DNA of 63,966 nt, counting the filler, from Octopus bimaculoides (lineage: Eukaryota): the NCBI RefSeq assembly GCF_001194135.2. It is 5 parts of 5 records of this genome, joined end to end, with 100 filler letters (N's around TTAATTAATTAA, not from the genome) between each part and the next. Parts side by side here need not be neighbours in the genome. Positions count along the whole stretch, not along the records: positions 1 to 8,898 come from NC_068981.1; positions 8,999 to 32,708 come from NC_068982.1; 3 more parts are not named here. One strand, written 5' to 3'. Both the position numbers and the translations under genes were made by a program. Of the stretch, positions 1-12,003 are shown piece after piece (position 1 is the stretch's first letter; each line of letters opens with the position of its first letter). The notes under the pieces are model-generated. The model worked only from the letters and a program-made list of their open reading frames with translations. It did not search any database and had not been told where the DNA came from.

Positions 1-110
1 ATGTGTGTGTGTGTGTGTGTGTATGTATGAAACTGTTAGATTAAAGGCATGTGTTACTACTTGACTTATCAGGATGTTATGGTTGCCACGAGAAAGCTAC
101 ATGTTGGTTA

Positions 111-163
<53 letters not shown>

Positions 164-260
164 CAAAGCGCGCACCCACACGCATATAAAGAGAGAGATA
201 GAGAAGAGACAAAGATGAAGAAAGGAAGAGAAAGAGTTTGATAAAAACGGAAAAGAGGGA
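1..260. repeat. (TG)n, (CA)n and GA-rich microsatellites
   Basis: Directly visible: (TG)n 2-21, (CA)n ~113-163, GA-rich 190-260. Confidence 0.95.
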
Positions 261-547
261 ATGGCGAGGCAGAGGTGCGTTGCTCATTCTTCGATTCTAG
301 TCAATGTTAAAGAATCAATTAATTACTTATATTCTACTCCATTGTGTGAAATTTCACCGAATTATAGATTTCTATGCAGAAGAATTCTATTTTCCGTGGT
401 AATGAAGCGAATAAGCAACAAAATAAAGTTTCATTTTCCAAGAGGCCTTCATGCATTAGTCTCGGAAATTTCAATCGTTTCGATTGAATGAGTATTAGAA
501 CAAATTAAAAAATAATTAGACTTAGTGTAGACACTGTAATACGAATG

Positions 548-653
548 CAGTGACCCTGTGCTAAAGATCACTAATGTCTGAAGCATTTAAAGAGTAGATT
601 TATCGGTTGATCGAGTGACGGTTTGTCTCCTATCAAACCCCGTCGCTGCACTG
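548..653. mobile_element. Possible tiny Tc1/mariner-type MITE relic
   Basis: Ends GAATG-CAGTG...CACTG-TATTC form a ~10-bp inverted repeat with CAGTG/CACTG termini typical of Tc1; the match is short. Confidence 0.3.
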
Positions 654-1989
654 TATTCATCAAAGTGGCATATAATTCTCAATGGTTCAAACAGATTAAG
701 CATAAATATTTATTATGAGTACAAACAACTTGGTTTTTTGAGATATATTGGTGTTCTATAACTGACGAGGGGTAAGAGCACCAGTAGCTTGCTGTTAGGG
801 GCTCGAATATTCATAATGTTTAGTCTCCACTAGCTGAATGTTATGCCAATAAGCGAACATGGTCAACGACAATTTTCTCGATTCTCACTGTTAGCTATCT
901 CTCACATCACCAATGCTCCTGTGAAAAGCATGAAGATAAAAAACTATATTTCCTTAGAAATCTCGAACATTATGCCTTCCCAAAGTAACTCAAATGGAGA
1001 AAAACTTATCATCTGGTCAGATGACTTGCCCGGACCAATGCAACTCCTCCACGTCAGACATTCCGATCGAGTGATGCAGCATGAACGTCTAGCTTAGGTT
1101 TTAGTCACGTTGGTCTATCGCTAGCTGAAATATCTCAACTGTGCACGCCACAATCATAGATGATAGCAGTAATTCGCTGACAGAACTGGTTGATCTTGGT
1201 CATTGACAGCTTGTTGTCTGTTCATCCTCTCAGCACCTAGTGATGTTTGCTATTGATTCAATAAGATTTAGTTGTAGAAAGAGTTCACATTCACCACGCT
1301 ATAGCCCATAATTTCAACGTATTTTAGACGGGTGGTTACGTATTATTTAACTCATAGCTAGGACCCTGACAGACGCTACTATTCTGAGTCAGAGTGGACC
1401 TGGAAACATCAGCGGCTAAGAAGTGGTTTCACACTCCACGAAGCCATGGAACTCCCGAACCAGGGCCCCACTACCGGAAAGTCATACCCAGGACTGAGTA
1501 TACTATATCACAGAGTTATAGCAAACTGTATTAAAAACTGACATCCCTTAAATCCGGTAAAGCCAGAGCATGACAGCAGCTTGTCAAACATAATTTCATT
1601 CATTCACTGGCTAAGACGCTAGCCTATCTCTGGCATCATTCCTTAAACATCTGAACATTTGAAACCTACTTCAGACAACCCACGTCGTTGTTTAATCCGT
1701 GGCCTACTCTGACAAAACAAGTGTATACTCAAACATATCTATCATGAAGGCCGTGCCATGCCTTATCTTCTTGCATCATTCTTTTCAAGGTTAAAAGATG
1801 AGATTTGAGGAAGGTTTGGCTGCTATTTCTAGCAGGTGCCTCTGTTTGGTCCATTGTAGGAAAGGCTGGATCATTAGATGCACAGCTTTGTCTTAATAGA
1901 CAACAGAACGATTGATGCAACGAAATGACGATTTGAACGTAAGTCCTTTGACGTGATAGACATCAAATCGTCTGTTTTGTTTCTCATTC

Positions 1990-2110
1990 GCTTCTAGGTC
2001 GACTTTACCTTTCATCCTTTCGGGGCCGATAAATTAAGTATCAGTTGAGTATTGGGGTCGATGTAATCAACTATCCCCCTCCCCTTCAAATTTCAGGCCT
2101 TGTGCCTATA
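1990..2110 (+). mobile_element. SINE family B, 3' half
   Basis: GGTCGACTTTACCTTTCATCCTTTCGGGGCCGATAAATTAAGTATCAG...GGGGTCGATGTAATC...AAATTTCAGGCCTTGTG matches copies at 13387, 32963 and 54348. Confidence 0.85.
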
Positions 2111-2163
2111 ACACAAAGGATTTTATAGTGACATTTTGGTTTGGCGGTGTTATTATAGCAATG

Positions 2164-2509
2164 GTGGAGGCGCAATGGCCCAGTGGTTAGGGCAGCGGAC
2201 TCGCGGTCATAGGATCGCAGTTTCGATTCCCAGACCGGGCGTTGTGAGTGTTTATTGAGCGAAAACACCTAAAGCTCCACAAGGCTCCGGCAGGGGATGT
2301 TGGCGAACCCTGCTGTACTCTTTCACCACAAATTTCTCTCACTCTTACTTCCTGTTTCTGTTGTGCCTGTAATTCAAGGGGTCAGCCTTGTCACACTGTA
2401 TCACGCTGAATATCCCCGAGAACTACGTTAAGGGTACACGTGTCTGTGGAGTGCTCAGCCACTTGCACGTTAATTTCACGAGCAGGCTGTTCCGTTGATC
2501 GGATCAACT
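2164..2509 (+). mobile_element. tRNA-derived SINE family A (3' end lost in gap)
   Basis: tRNA-like head with A-box TGGCCCAGTGG and B-box GTTTCGATTCC; colinear with the full copy at 46023-46412 (minus). Confidence 0.92.
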
Positions 2510-3300
2510 NNNNNNNNNNNNNNNNNNNNNNNNNNNNNNNNNNNNNNNNNNNNNNNNNNNNNNNNNNNNNNNNNNNNNNNNNNNNNNNNNNNNNNNNNNN
2601 NNNNNNNNNNNNNNNNNNNNNNNNNNNNNNNNNNNNNNNNNNNNNNNNNNNNNNNNNNNNNNNNNNNNNNNNNNNNNNNNNNNNNNNNNNNNNNNNNNNN
2701 NNNNNNNNNNNNNNNNNNNNNNNNNNNNNNNNNNNNNNNNNNNNNNNNNNNNNNNNNNNNNNNNNNNNNNNNNNNNNNNNNNNNNNNNNNNNNNNNNNNN
2801 NNNNNNNNNNNNNNNNNNNNNNNNNNNNNNNNNNNNNNNNNNNNNNNNNNNNNNNNNNNNNNNNNNNNNNNNNNNNNNNNNNNNNNNNNNNNNNNNNNNN
2901 NNNNNNNNNNNNNNNNNNNNNNNNNNNNNNNNNNNNNNNNNNNNNNNNNNNNNNNNNNNNNNNNNNNNNNNNNNNNNNNNNNNNNNNNNNNNNNNNNNNN
3001 NNNNNNNNNNNNNNNNNNNNNNNNNNNNNNNNNNNNNNNNNNNNNNNNNNNNNNNNNNNNNNNNNNNNNNNNNNNNNNNNNNNNNNCACACACACACCCA
3101 GAGGGAAAGAGATATTTTGGTAATTTAATAAGACGCTAAACTGTAAAATTCACTTTAGATGTATTTTATGAAATAAATGTAGAGTGAATTTTAGAGTTTT
3201 ATGTGTTATTAAATGTCTAGAATGGTTTTTTTCCTGCCGTGCAATAGCTTCAGTTTCAAGACACGGTCTCAGACAGTGATTTGCTAGATAAGTACAGCTC

Positions 3301-3346
<46 letters not shown>

Positions 3347-3480
3347 AACAGTGTGTAATGTTTTACCAAAAAGAAAAAGAATAATTGGCACTAAATATGA
3401 CTAGGGTGTTAGAAACACCTACCTACATTGCTAGAAATAAGAGCTAAAATGCTTTAATGCTGTAGTCAAAGCAATACTTA

Positions 3481-3633
3481 TATACTGACAGGGACTATAA
3501 TCGCTCGAAAACACCGATCGAACCCGTCGAGTCAGTCCTTACTGATGAGGCAACAGAAATTGCAGAAATTGATCGGTCAGTATAGAGAATTCTCAATTGA
3601 TGTTTTCGGATGATTATAGTCCCTATCAGTATA
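3481..3633. mobile_element. MITE, ~150 bp, 35-bp TIRs, TA-flanked
   Basis: 3481-3515 TATACTGACAGGGACTATAATCGCTCGAAAACACC vs reverse complement of 3599-3633 TATACTGATAGGGACTATAATCATCCGAAAACATC (30/35 identical). Confidence 0.7.
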
Positions 3634-4057
3634 TATATATATATATATATGGCAGGGTTGTTTGTGTGCGCGCACTTTATTGTATCTATATGTATATGTG
3701 AGTGAATTACTAAAGAGTATAAGTGTCTTAATTGAAGTTCCAGTCAAAGACAAATAAACGATATATTACGGCTGGTATCACAAATCTCTTAATGGTGCAG
3801 TTAATGTTTTAGCTATTTGGACGAAAGTTTTTATTGTTTTACGGACTCTCAAGTATTCATTTACTCATTGGAATTTGTAGAGTTTTCACACCCAAAATTT
3901 TGCTTTCTTCTGTATCTGTCTATGTATAGAACGTTGAATGTATTCATCTTGCAAATTATCTGCCTCTGCCACCTTAGACACGAATCATCTCCCCGACTTG
4001 CGCGTTAGCTACATTATTTGTTGACCTCTTTTTGCAGTTTACTAGTCAAAGGGCAAC

Positions 4058-4298
4058 TTAATGTTCATTTTGAACTACTTGGCAATAACTGACGAGACTC
4101 GAGACTCAATGCAAATGAGAACCTTTCCAGTTTATAATTTTAGTCATCCATGTAGCAAAGGTTGTAGATGAGCCTATTTAATGTTTATGCTGAACTGCTT
4201 GGCGATAACTGACGAGACTCGACACTCTCAGTACAAGTGAGATCACTTCTAGCTTATAACCTTAGGTCATCCATGTAGCAAAGGTTATGGATGAGCCT
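4058..4298. repeat. Diverged two-copy tandem repeat, ~120-bp period
   Basis: 4058-4175 and 4178-4298 share TTAATGTT...AACTGACGAGACTCGA...GTCATCCATGTAGCAAAGGTT...GATGAGCCT. Confidence 0.9.
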
Positions 4299-5097
4299 GG
4301 TTCTTTCTCTACCTATGTAGATCATTAAATTGCATTTTATAATTAGCCAACTGAGAAGTAAGCCTTACATAATAAAGAGATCGTAGATACAACCACCTTG
4401 GAATATTTCATTAGATATTCCGTGAGACAGTGATTATAGCCATTATATTTTATAAAACGGCTGAAGGCATCAGAAAGTTTATTCTTTGTTCTTTTAATGG
4501 TACTCACCTTTGTGCCATCGAATTTGCGCGAATTAATGAGCTGGGATTGGCACAAAGAATTTCCGTAATCAAACCAGAGTTAATAAATTCTTTTTGTGTA
4601 TTTCGCAGCAACCATCTAATTAGGATTTTGTTAATAGGACTAGCGCATACACTGCGCCTGTTCTAAATGATTTGTTGGATTATAATTTAAAGGGAAATTT
4701 TTAGATCACCGTCAGACTAGTAGTTCGTTTGTTGATATTGACAATACTGTCCTTCAAGTAAGGAGCTATCTAATTACTCTTTTCGGATTATCTTGTGGTG
4801 TGTTCATTTAATGTTGTTTGTGCAATATTTGAAAAGACAATCACTAATAATTTTGAATGTGTTCAATGACAGAAATTTCCCAGTTCTGAAGCATTACGGA
4901 TCAGTCAAGTGAACTATAATGTTTAAGAAAGATGGCTTTTCTGTAATATAATAGTATTGATTCTAGACATGTAGTTCCTTGCCTTAAGAAAAATTGGCAC
5001 TTTTCCTTTTTATAGCTGGCATGTTTTTAATCTTATCAAGAGAAAAAAAAAACATGAACAATACACAATAAGAAAACATTGATGACTGAACAAAACG

Positions 5098-5244
5098 CCA
5101 ATGATATCTTGCTTATAAATGTTTTTAACTTTTCGCCATTCCGATATGTCGGTCATTCTGAAATTTAAATGTTGATTGCCATCGAATTGAATTCGAAATT
5201 TGATGGAATGCTGCCAGGATAATATATCACTTACCATAGCAAAG
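5098..5244 (-). pseudogene. Possible Ty3/Gypsy integrase N-terminal remnant
   Basis: Minus-strand translation LCYGK*YII...HIGMAKS*KHL*ARYHW resembles the Gypsy integrase H2C2 region (H-x-G-I-x-K...R-Y-x-W); multiple stops, weak. Confidence 0.3.
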
Positions 5245-5482
5245 AACTTGCGAAAGTTTCCGATTAACTCACTTGGCCGGGGAATTTCTCAAAGAGTTGT
5301 GTAATTTCATTTATTTTACCAAAATATTCACTTAAAAAGCAATTTTCTTCAATTCAAATGTCGATAGAAACTAAGTATTAGATTAAAGTTTTATAGTCAG
5401 CCATTGCTTAGATACAGACACATATACACAAACTCTTGCAGTGGTGCGTAGATATAAGATGCACGTGTTTGCATGTATATAT

Positions 5483-5607
5483 GACACTCCGTCGCTTACG
5501 ACGATGAGGGTTTCAGTTGATCCGATCAACGGAAAAGCCTGCTCGTGAAATTAACGTGCATGCGGCTGAGCACTCCACAGACACGTGTATGCTTAACGTA
5601 GTTCTTA
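5483..5607 (-). mobile_element. SINE family A/D 3' tail module
   Basis: CACTCCGTCGCTTACGACGATGAGGG...GATCCGATCAACGG...CTCGTGAAATTAACGTGCA matches 46030-46150; truncated by a gap. Confidence 0.88.
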
Positions 5608-5742
5608 NNNNNNNNNNNNNNNNNNNNNNNNNNNNNNNNNNNNNNNNNNNNNNNNNNNNNNNNNNNNNNNNNNNNNNNNNNNNNNNNNNNNNNNNNNNNN
5701 NNNNNNNNNNNNNNNNNNNNNNNNNNNNNNNNNNNNNNNNNN

Positions 5743-5795
<53 letters not shown>

Positions 5796-6309
5796 GAGCA
5801 TTCTCTAAGAGAATGTTAAGAACTCTGATGTATTTTGTTGGGTTTGATAATCTAATGTATGAAATTATTCTCATAGTCTTTAAGATTAAAATACGGTCGT
5901 TTACTTGTAATCGGTTCTGTGTTGGCGTCAATTTCTAGATCACTGGATTTAGGAGCATGAATGTCGTTTTCATTCAGAATCTTCCTGACTTTTTTTGCAC
6001 TCATTTGAAAACTAATTTAATAAAGGTCTGTGGTATGTACATTTATCAAATATATTCCAGTATAAATTAAAAGCTAAAATGCAATATGCGTGCGTGTATG
6101 CACATGTGTCTGTGTGTATGTATATATTGTGTGTATATATATCTATATATATACATACATATACATACATATAGATATATATGTATATATATATGTACAT
6201 ACATGTATACATACATATAAATATATATATATATATATTTGACAGGAATGGCAACAAAAGAAAGAAAGAGATCTCGATATTATGCAAATAGAGGAATGTA
6301 TCTGTAAAG

Positions 6310-6362
6310 ATATGTGACACTTATTCAGTAGCCATGATAAAACTCCGAGTTTCCGATGCCAG
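6310..6362. mobile_element. Terminal arm of the MITE family seen at 44824-45121
   Basis: ATATGTGACACTTATTCAGTAGCCATGATAAAACTCCGAGTTTCCGATG matches the 44824 arm; runs into a gap. Confidence 0.8.
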
Positions 6363-6966
6363 NNNNNNNNNNNNNNNNNNNNNNNNNNNNNNNNNNNNNN
6401 NNNNNNNNNNNNNNNNNNNNNNNNNNNNNNNNNNNNNNNNNNNNNNNNNNNNNNNNNNNNNNNNNNNNNNNNNNNNNNNNNNNNNNNNNNNNNNNNNNNN
6501 NNNNNNNNNNNNNNNNNNNNNNNNNNNNNNNNNNNNNNNNNNNNNNNNNNNNNNNNNNNNNNNNNNNNNNNNNNNNNNNNNNNNNNNNNNNNNNNNNNNN
6601 NNNNNNNNNNNNNNNNNNNNNNNNNNNNNNNNNNNNNNNNNNNNNNNNNNNNNNNNNNNNNNNNNNNNNNNNNNNNNNNNNNNNNNNNNNNNNNNNNNNN
6701 NNNNNNNNNNNNNNNNNNNNNNNNNNNNNNNNNNNNNTATATATATATATTTACACACACACACACACACACACACAAATATATGCGCATAAATATGTGT
6801 AAGTATGTACGTGTTTATGTTTGTGTATGTCCGTGTACGTGCATGGTTGTATACATTTATATCCAGGCAGTGTATGAATTAATATCATGACATGACAAAT
6901 TTAAAGATTGAAGAAATAAGGGCATGGAAAATACAATTAAGTTGACCCTATTTGGCACTTGTTTAA

Positions 6967-7179
6967 CCCTTTAGCGTTGAAACTGGCCATATCCGGCCAA
7001 AATATTCCGTCCGTTTTATGTTCAGATTGGCACGATCTGGCCTCTCAAACCTACCCTCATTCTAAAAATATACAATCACATCATCGAAATCTCAAAGCTA
7101 CAGGATAATGCATGGTTAATTCTAAACAGCGTGAATAAACAAACACTACATTTGACCGAATAATCTGAATGTTAAAGGA
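6967..7179. mobile_element. TTAA-flanked MITE (piggyBac-like termini)
   Basis: TTAA(6963-6966) CCCTTTAGCGTT ... AATGTTAAAGGA TTAA(7180-7183): imperfect TIR starting CCCTTT with TTAA target duplication. Confidence 0.7.
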
Positions 7180-7591
7180 TTAATTAAATCCACGTGGGTG
7201 AATCTCAAAATTAACCTCCAAACATCGAAAACGTAAGACTACACATCGAGGCATTTTATTTGGCACCGTATTTTTGTTGTCCTACCTACCTATTTAGAAT
7301 ATCGATCTCTCACATTGGAACAAAGTCATACTACTTAATAAAGGATATATTCTGTTAAATTAACCCTATGAATGAATGATACGTTACTTATGCAGACCCT
7401 GGGTAGGATTGGTTTTTATTTTATCGATTTCAGAAGAGAAAAACATGTAAAATCGATCCAAGGGGTATTTGAACTTTGCATTGTTTTTCTTTTTAATCAG
7501 TTTCAATCACCTCCCTACAAGTGGAGATTAAAAATGAAAAACATGTTCAGCAGTTTGGATACAAATAGCCAATAGTCTCAAGTTAAAGAGT

Positions 7592-7895
7592 TGTTCCTAA
7601 AACAGGTCCATTATATAGGAGTTAAATTATGCAGGATGATCTCACTTATGTCCACCACTGTGGCCGTCCAGATTTTTTCATCCCTTTCACTTGTAATCCA
7701 AAATGGGTTGACATCCAGTTTCACTTACTTCATGGCCAAAATCCTCCAGATAGGCATGATATCACATCTACAGTGTTTCATCTGAAGCTAATGAAAATGA
7801 TGGACGTTATAAAACACAGATATATATTTTTTGACCATTAAGATGTAGAATGGCAGAAAAGAGGACTCCCTCGTGCCCATATCCTCTTCTTAACA
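7592..7895 (+). pseudogene. Helitron Rep (HUH endonuclease) fragment
   Basis: One frame reads MQDDLTYVHHCGRPDFFIPFTCNPKWVDIQ...DRHDITSTVFHLKL...*DVEWQKRGLPRAHILF, matching Helitron RepHel motifs GRPDLFITFTCNPKW and EWQKRGLPHAH. Confidence 0.9.
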
Positions 7896-7896
7896 A

Positions 7897-8020
7897 GCAG
7901 CCACACTCACATAATATTCACAAGTCTTTGGTCAGTCTGAGGCTATAGTAGAAGACACGCAGTGGGACTGAACTCGGAACAACGTGGTTGAAAAGCAAGC
8001 TTCTTACCACAGAGTCAAGT
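7897..8020 (-). mobile_element. SINE family C, internally deleted copy
   Basis: GGCTATAGTAGAAGACAC...GCAGTGGGACTGAACTCGGAAC...AAGCAAGCTTCTTACCACA matches 49228-49393. Confidence 0.8.
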
Positions 8021-8319
8021 CTGAATTTCTCAAACAAAGACACTATTCCGACATGATGCTCCCTCGTTTTATTCAGCTTATGATGATGAAATTAAAAATA
8101 ATTATATCGTTGTTGTTTAGCTCCAGATCATCTTTGATCCAGACGTATGATCATAGGTATTCCAACAGCGACTAAACTACGTTTTCTTTTGACAGAGAAT
8201 CTAAAAAGGCATTAGAAAATCTGACTTAAGTTATTAAACACAGCATAATGGAAGTTGAGGGTGATTTAGCTGCTACTTCTGCAGATCATACAGATGATCT
8301 CTTGACAGCTCAAAGACAA

Positions 8320-8596
8320 TGATGTTGTTGATGATAATGGCAATAATGGTGATGACAATAATAATGACATCACGGCTGTTGCTACTACTAATGGCGATGA
8401 TGACAACGATGACGTTGATGATGACGTTGATGATGACGTTAATGACGATGATGAAGATGACAATGATGACGACGACGACGATGATGATGATGATACTTTG
8501 CTGCTGCTGCTGATGATGAGGTCAACAACGAGGGCGATGACGAATATGACGTTGATGAAGAGATGATGGCAATGATGATGATGATGATGATGATGA

Positions 8597-8635
<39 letters not shown>

Positions 8636-8655
8636 CAATGATGACGATGATGATA
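8320..8655. repeat. Compound (GAT)n/(GAC)n/(CTG)n microsatellite
   Basis: Directly visible; explains the poly-H/R/S/M ORFs. Confidence 0.95.
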
Positions 8656-8898
8656 ATTCCGCTTGTACATTTCAGAAACGGTTTTACTTTTTTAAAAATA
8701 CCTCACTTCATCTTTGCAAGATTGGTGCAGAAGAAATGAGAATGTATTAAATTATACATGATTGAGTTGGCTCTCAGTCTGGCAGGAACCAAAACAGGGA
8801 ACTAATCTGATTATCAATCCACAGCATTTCCCCCAGCAATGCTGCATACATTCAAGCAGCCACACGCACATAATCATACACAAACGTACGCAAACATA

Positions 8899-8998
8899 NN
8901 NNNNNNNNNNNNNNNNNNNNNNNNNNNNNNNNNNNNNNNNNNTTAATTAATTAANNNNNNNNNNNNNNNNNNNNNNNNNNNNNNNNNNNNNNNNNNNN
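8899..8998. other. Synthetic 100-bp scaffold gap: 44 N + TTAATTAATTAA + 44 N (also 32709-32808, 49047-49146, 62791-62890)
   Basis: Identical 44/12/44 geometry four times; the 12-mer is a palindrome with stop codons in all six frames. Confidence 0.93.
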
Positions 8999-9042
<44 letters not shown>

Positions 9043-9299
9043 GTATGTACACACGCACATGCACTCATTCACACACACATACATAACACATACATCGACA
9101 TGAGAAATTTTCAAGCATTAACTACATAAGGTTGATAACACATATATGGATTTAAACCGTATGAATACACTTCCACACACGTTTTGCTGCATCTATTTGA
9201 AAGCGAATTATTTCTAATCACCAAAAATACCTAATTCCGAAAAAATCGCGGTAATTTTCAGAAGAAATTGAACATAAAGGAAATTGAACGTTGAAGAAA

Positions 9300-10960
9300 T
9301 ATGAACTAAAAGAATCTGGCTAATATATTCGTCCAATGTGATTGAGTAAAAGGAGCTTATACCAAATTGACTTAAATAGATATGAACCCCTCCTTCCAAA
9401 TTCTATTACAAATACTAATAAACAAGAAACAACAACTATATTGACACAATTCACAAGCATGAAGGAAATCACAGCAAAGTTACATATCGAAGATAGAACC
9501 GTATACCGCAAATCCGTGTTTCACATTCAACGAACAAAAAGATAACTTCCAACAGAAACCAACTTTAATATTTATTAATACCACAAAGTGTGATGTAGAT
9601 AAAACTAGTAAAAGTACACTTGATCGCAACGTCCAACATGAAATGAAGTTCTCCTCTATCATTCTGGAATAATACACTTATGGTCATGGAATGGTTTTAA
9701 AGCAATACCAAAAATTAAAAAAAGAGACATTTACAGTTTGACATCCTAAAATATTATCCATCCATCACTCAAAACCTAGTTAGTAAGGCTTTAAATCAAC
9801 GTTAAATATGTTAATAAATATCAGTGAATGGAAATAATGCTTGCTAGAAAAAGGCCAACTCAATTATGAAATCTTCTCGCAACTTCATTGACGTCAACAT
9901 AAATGTCCATGACTCTATCGGAGTAAGCAATATCGTTGACGTATAGTTTTTGTTCCATTTAATCAAAGATTCTTCACACATTGGAAGGACTTTGACTGGA
10001 ATGATGAGTTCTTAATACAAAACAAAAAAAAAATCCCCACTCATGACAACTCAGCAGACTAAGAAAAATGCATTATTTCTTTGATAAAAATAACCACCAA
10101 AAACCACTGAAAATAACCACTAAAAATAATCACCGAAAATAACATTGTAGTAGCGAATCTTCTTAACGCTACCATTAACAGTGTTATGTTTTAACCTATC
10201 ATAAACCAAACCCTGAAATATATCCAGCATTTACCAAATAATCCTAGGAATATGACAAACAGCATTGTTAAAAATACATTACTTTCCGAACTTAAGGTAA
10301 AAAACAACTTCTAAATATGATGCATTACTGAAAAGTGGATAAGAATTGTAGATGACAAGCGAAATGCTAAAAAGCTGTCAGTAAAAACAGAAAACAATAG
10401 AATTTTGTATAATTTCACCAACCCAGTTACACATCCAATAGCACCGATTTTTTTTCCAAATTGATAACTAAGCTTTTTCACTTACTTTGTTAATGTGACA
10501 CTGTTAAACTCTCCTACTCAGCTATTCTGAACTTCGCCTGCATATTTGCTTTAGCGAGCAATCATAAAATCAACAAAAGAACAACGAAGCAAACAAATCG
10601 AAATTACTACTGCATAAACCAAAGTAGATTTTAGATTCAAATTGCTTTGAAATGGATATAACGTATACATGTAAAATACAAGTACATAATGCGTCTAAAA
10701 TATTTTCTGACTAGCATTAAACCATTTAAAAACCTGCGATAATCAACAAACATGCATTTAAACCATAAGCAGTACTAAACATATTTATTTTCGCACACAA
10801 AAGAATTGAAAAAGAAGCATACTTCATATATTACCAAAAAGGCTTTTATCTGATGCATTAAATCTTATTGTATTACTCTGTGTCGTACAACTTATGTATA
10901 ACCAAAATATGCGCTTTGCAAATCGTGATTTCAGTCAGAAAGAATCTTAGCATGTCGGCA
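9300..10960 (+). mobile_element. Decayed Penelope-like element (RT plus probable GIY-YIG region)
   Basis: From 9520: FTFNEQKDNFQQKPTLIFINTTKCDVDKTSKSTLDRN; 9737-9796: FDILKYYPSITQNLVSKALN; 10500-10535: TVKLSYSAILNF; ends near ILACRH (~10960). These match PLE RT/EN motifs in order, with many stops and frameshifts. Confidence 0.8.
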
Positions 10961-10971
10961 TTAGCTCTATA

Positions 10972-11029
<58 letters not shown>

Positions 11030-11825
11030 NNNNNNNNNNNNNNNNNNNNNNNNNNNNNNNNNNNNNNNNNNNNNNNNNNNNNNNNNNNNNNNNNNNNNNN
11101 NNNNNNNNNNNNNNNNNNNNNNNNNNNNNNNNNNNNNNNNNNNNNNNNNNNNNNNNNNNNNNNNNNNNNNNNNNNNNNNNNNNNNNNNNNNNNNNNNNNN
11201 NNNNNNNNNNNNNNNNNNNNNNNNNNNNNNNNNNNNNNNNNNNNNNNNNNNNNNNNNNNNNNNNNNNNNNNNNNNNNNNNNNNNNNNNNNNNNNNNNNNN
11301 NNNNNNNNNNNNNNNNNNNNNNNNNNNNNNNNNNNNNNNNNNNNNNNNNNNNNNNNNNNNNNNNNNNNNNNNNNNNNNNNNNNNNNNNNNNNNNNNNNNN
11401 NNNNNNNNNNNNNNNNNNNNNNNNNNNNNNNNNNNNNNNNNNNNNNNNNNNNNNNNNNNNNNNNNNNNNNNNNNNNNNNNNNNNNNNNNNNNNNNNNNNN
11501 NNNNNNNNNNNNNNNNNNNNNNNNNNNNNNNNNNNNNNNNNNNNNNNNNNNNNNNNNNNNNNNNNNNNNNNNNNNNNNNNNNNNNNNNNNNNNNNNNNNN
11601 NNNNNNNNNNNNNNNNNNNNNNNNNNNNNNNNNNNNNNNNNNNNNNNNNNNNNNNNNNNNNNNNNNNNNNNNNNNAACTATTTGCAGATAAATAACATTC
11701 CCTAACCTGTCAACTGTTCAGAGCCATATGATTTAAAAATCATGCGGGTTAGACAATCATACTAATGAAATTTGAAAACTGAAATTTCAAATTCAGACTT
11801 AACATGAACTAAATTAACACTGGTT

Positions 11826-12003
11826 GCAAACTTTTGTACAAAGCCAGCAATTTGTGGGAGGGGGTAAGTCGATTACATCGACCTCAGTGCTCAACTGGTA
11901 CATATTTTATCGACCACGAAAAGATGAAAGACAAAACGAAAAGCCGAAAGAAATACTGCGAAACTTCCAGCCCGATATGCTAACGTTTCTGTCAGCTCGC
12001 CTC
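11826..12003 (-). mobile_element. SINE family B, internally deleted
   Basis: AAGTCGATTACATCGACCTCAGTGCTCAACTGGTAC...TATCGACC...GCTAACGTTTCTGTCAGCTCG. Confidence 0.85.

Noticed and set aside
2164-2240. tRNA gene (also 46340-46410, 13387-13470, 63550-63619)
   Set aside because: A/B boxes are present but there is no complete cloverleaf or poly-T terminator; each continues into a SINE body with multiple dispersed copies, one with a TSD.
3541-3580. Hammerhead ribozyme (CTGATGA-G-GCAA…TTGC-A-GAAA)
   Set aside because: The stem II closing pair is G-A and no stem I pairing exists (CCTTTA vs GGTCAG); it lies inside a small MITE.
4343-4555. Gypsy RNase H end (NKLSDAFSR ~ ADALSR)
   Set aside because: Single short motif, and it lies downstream of the putative integrase piece on the same strand, the wrong order for Gypsy.
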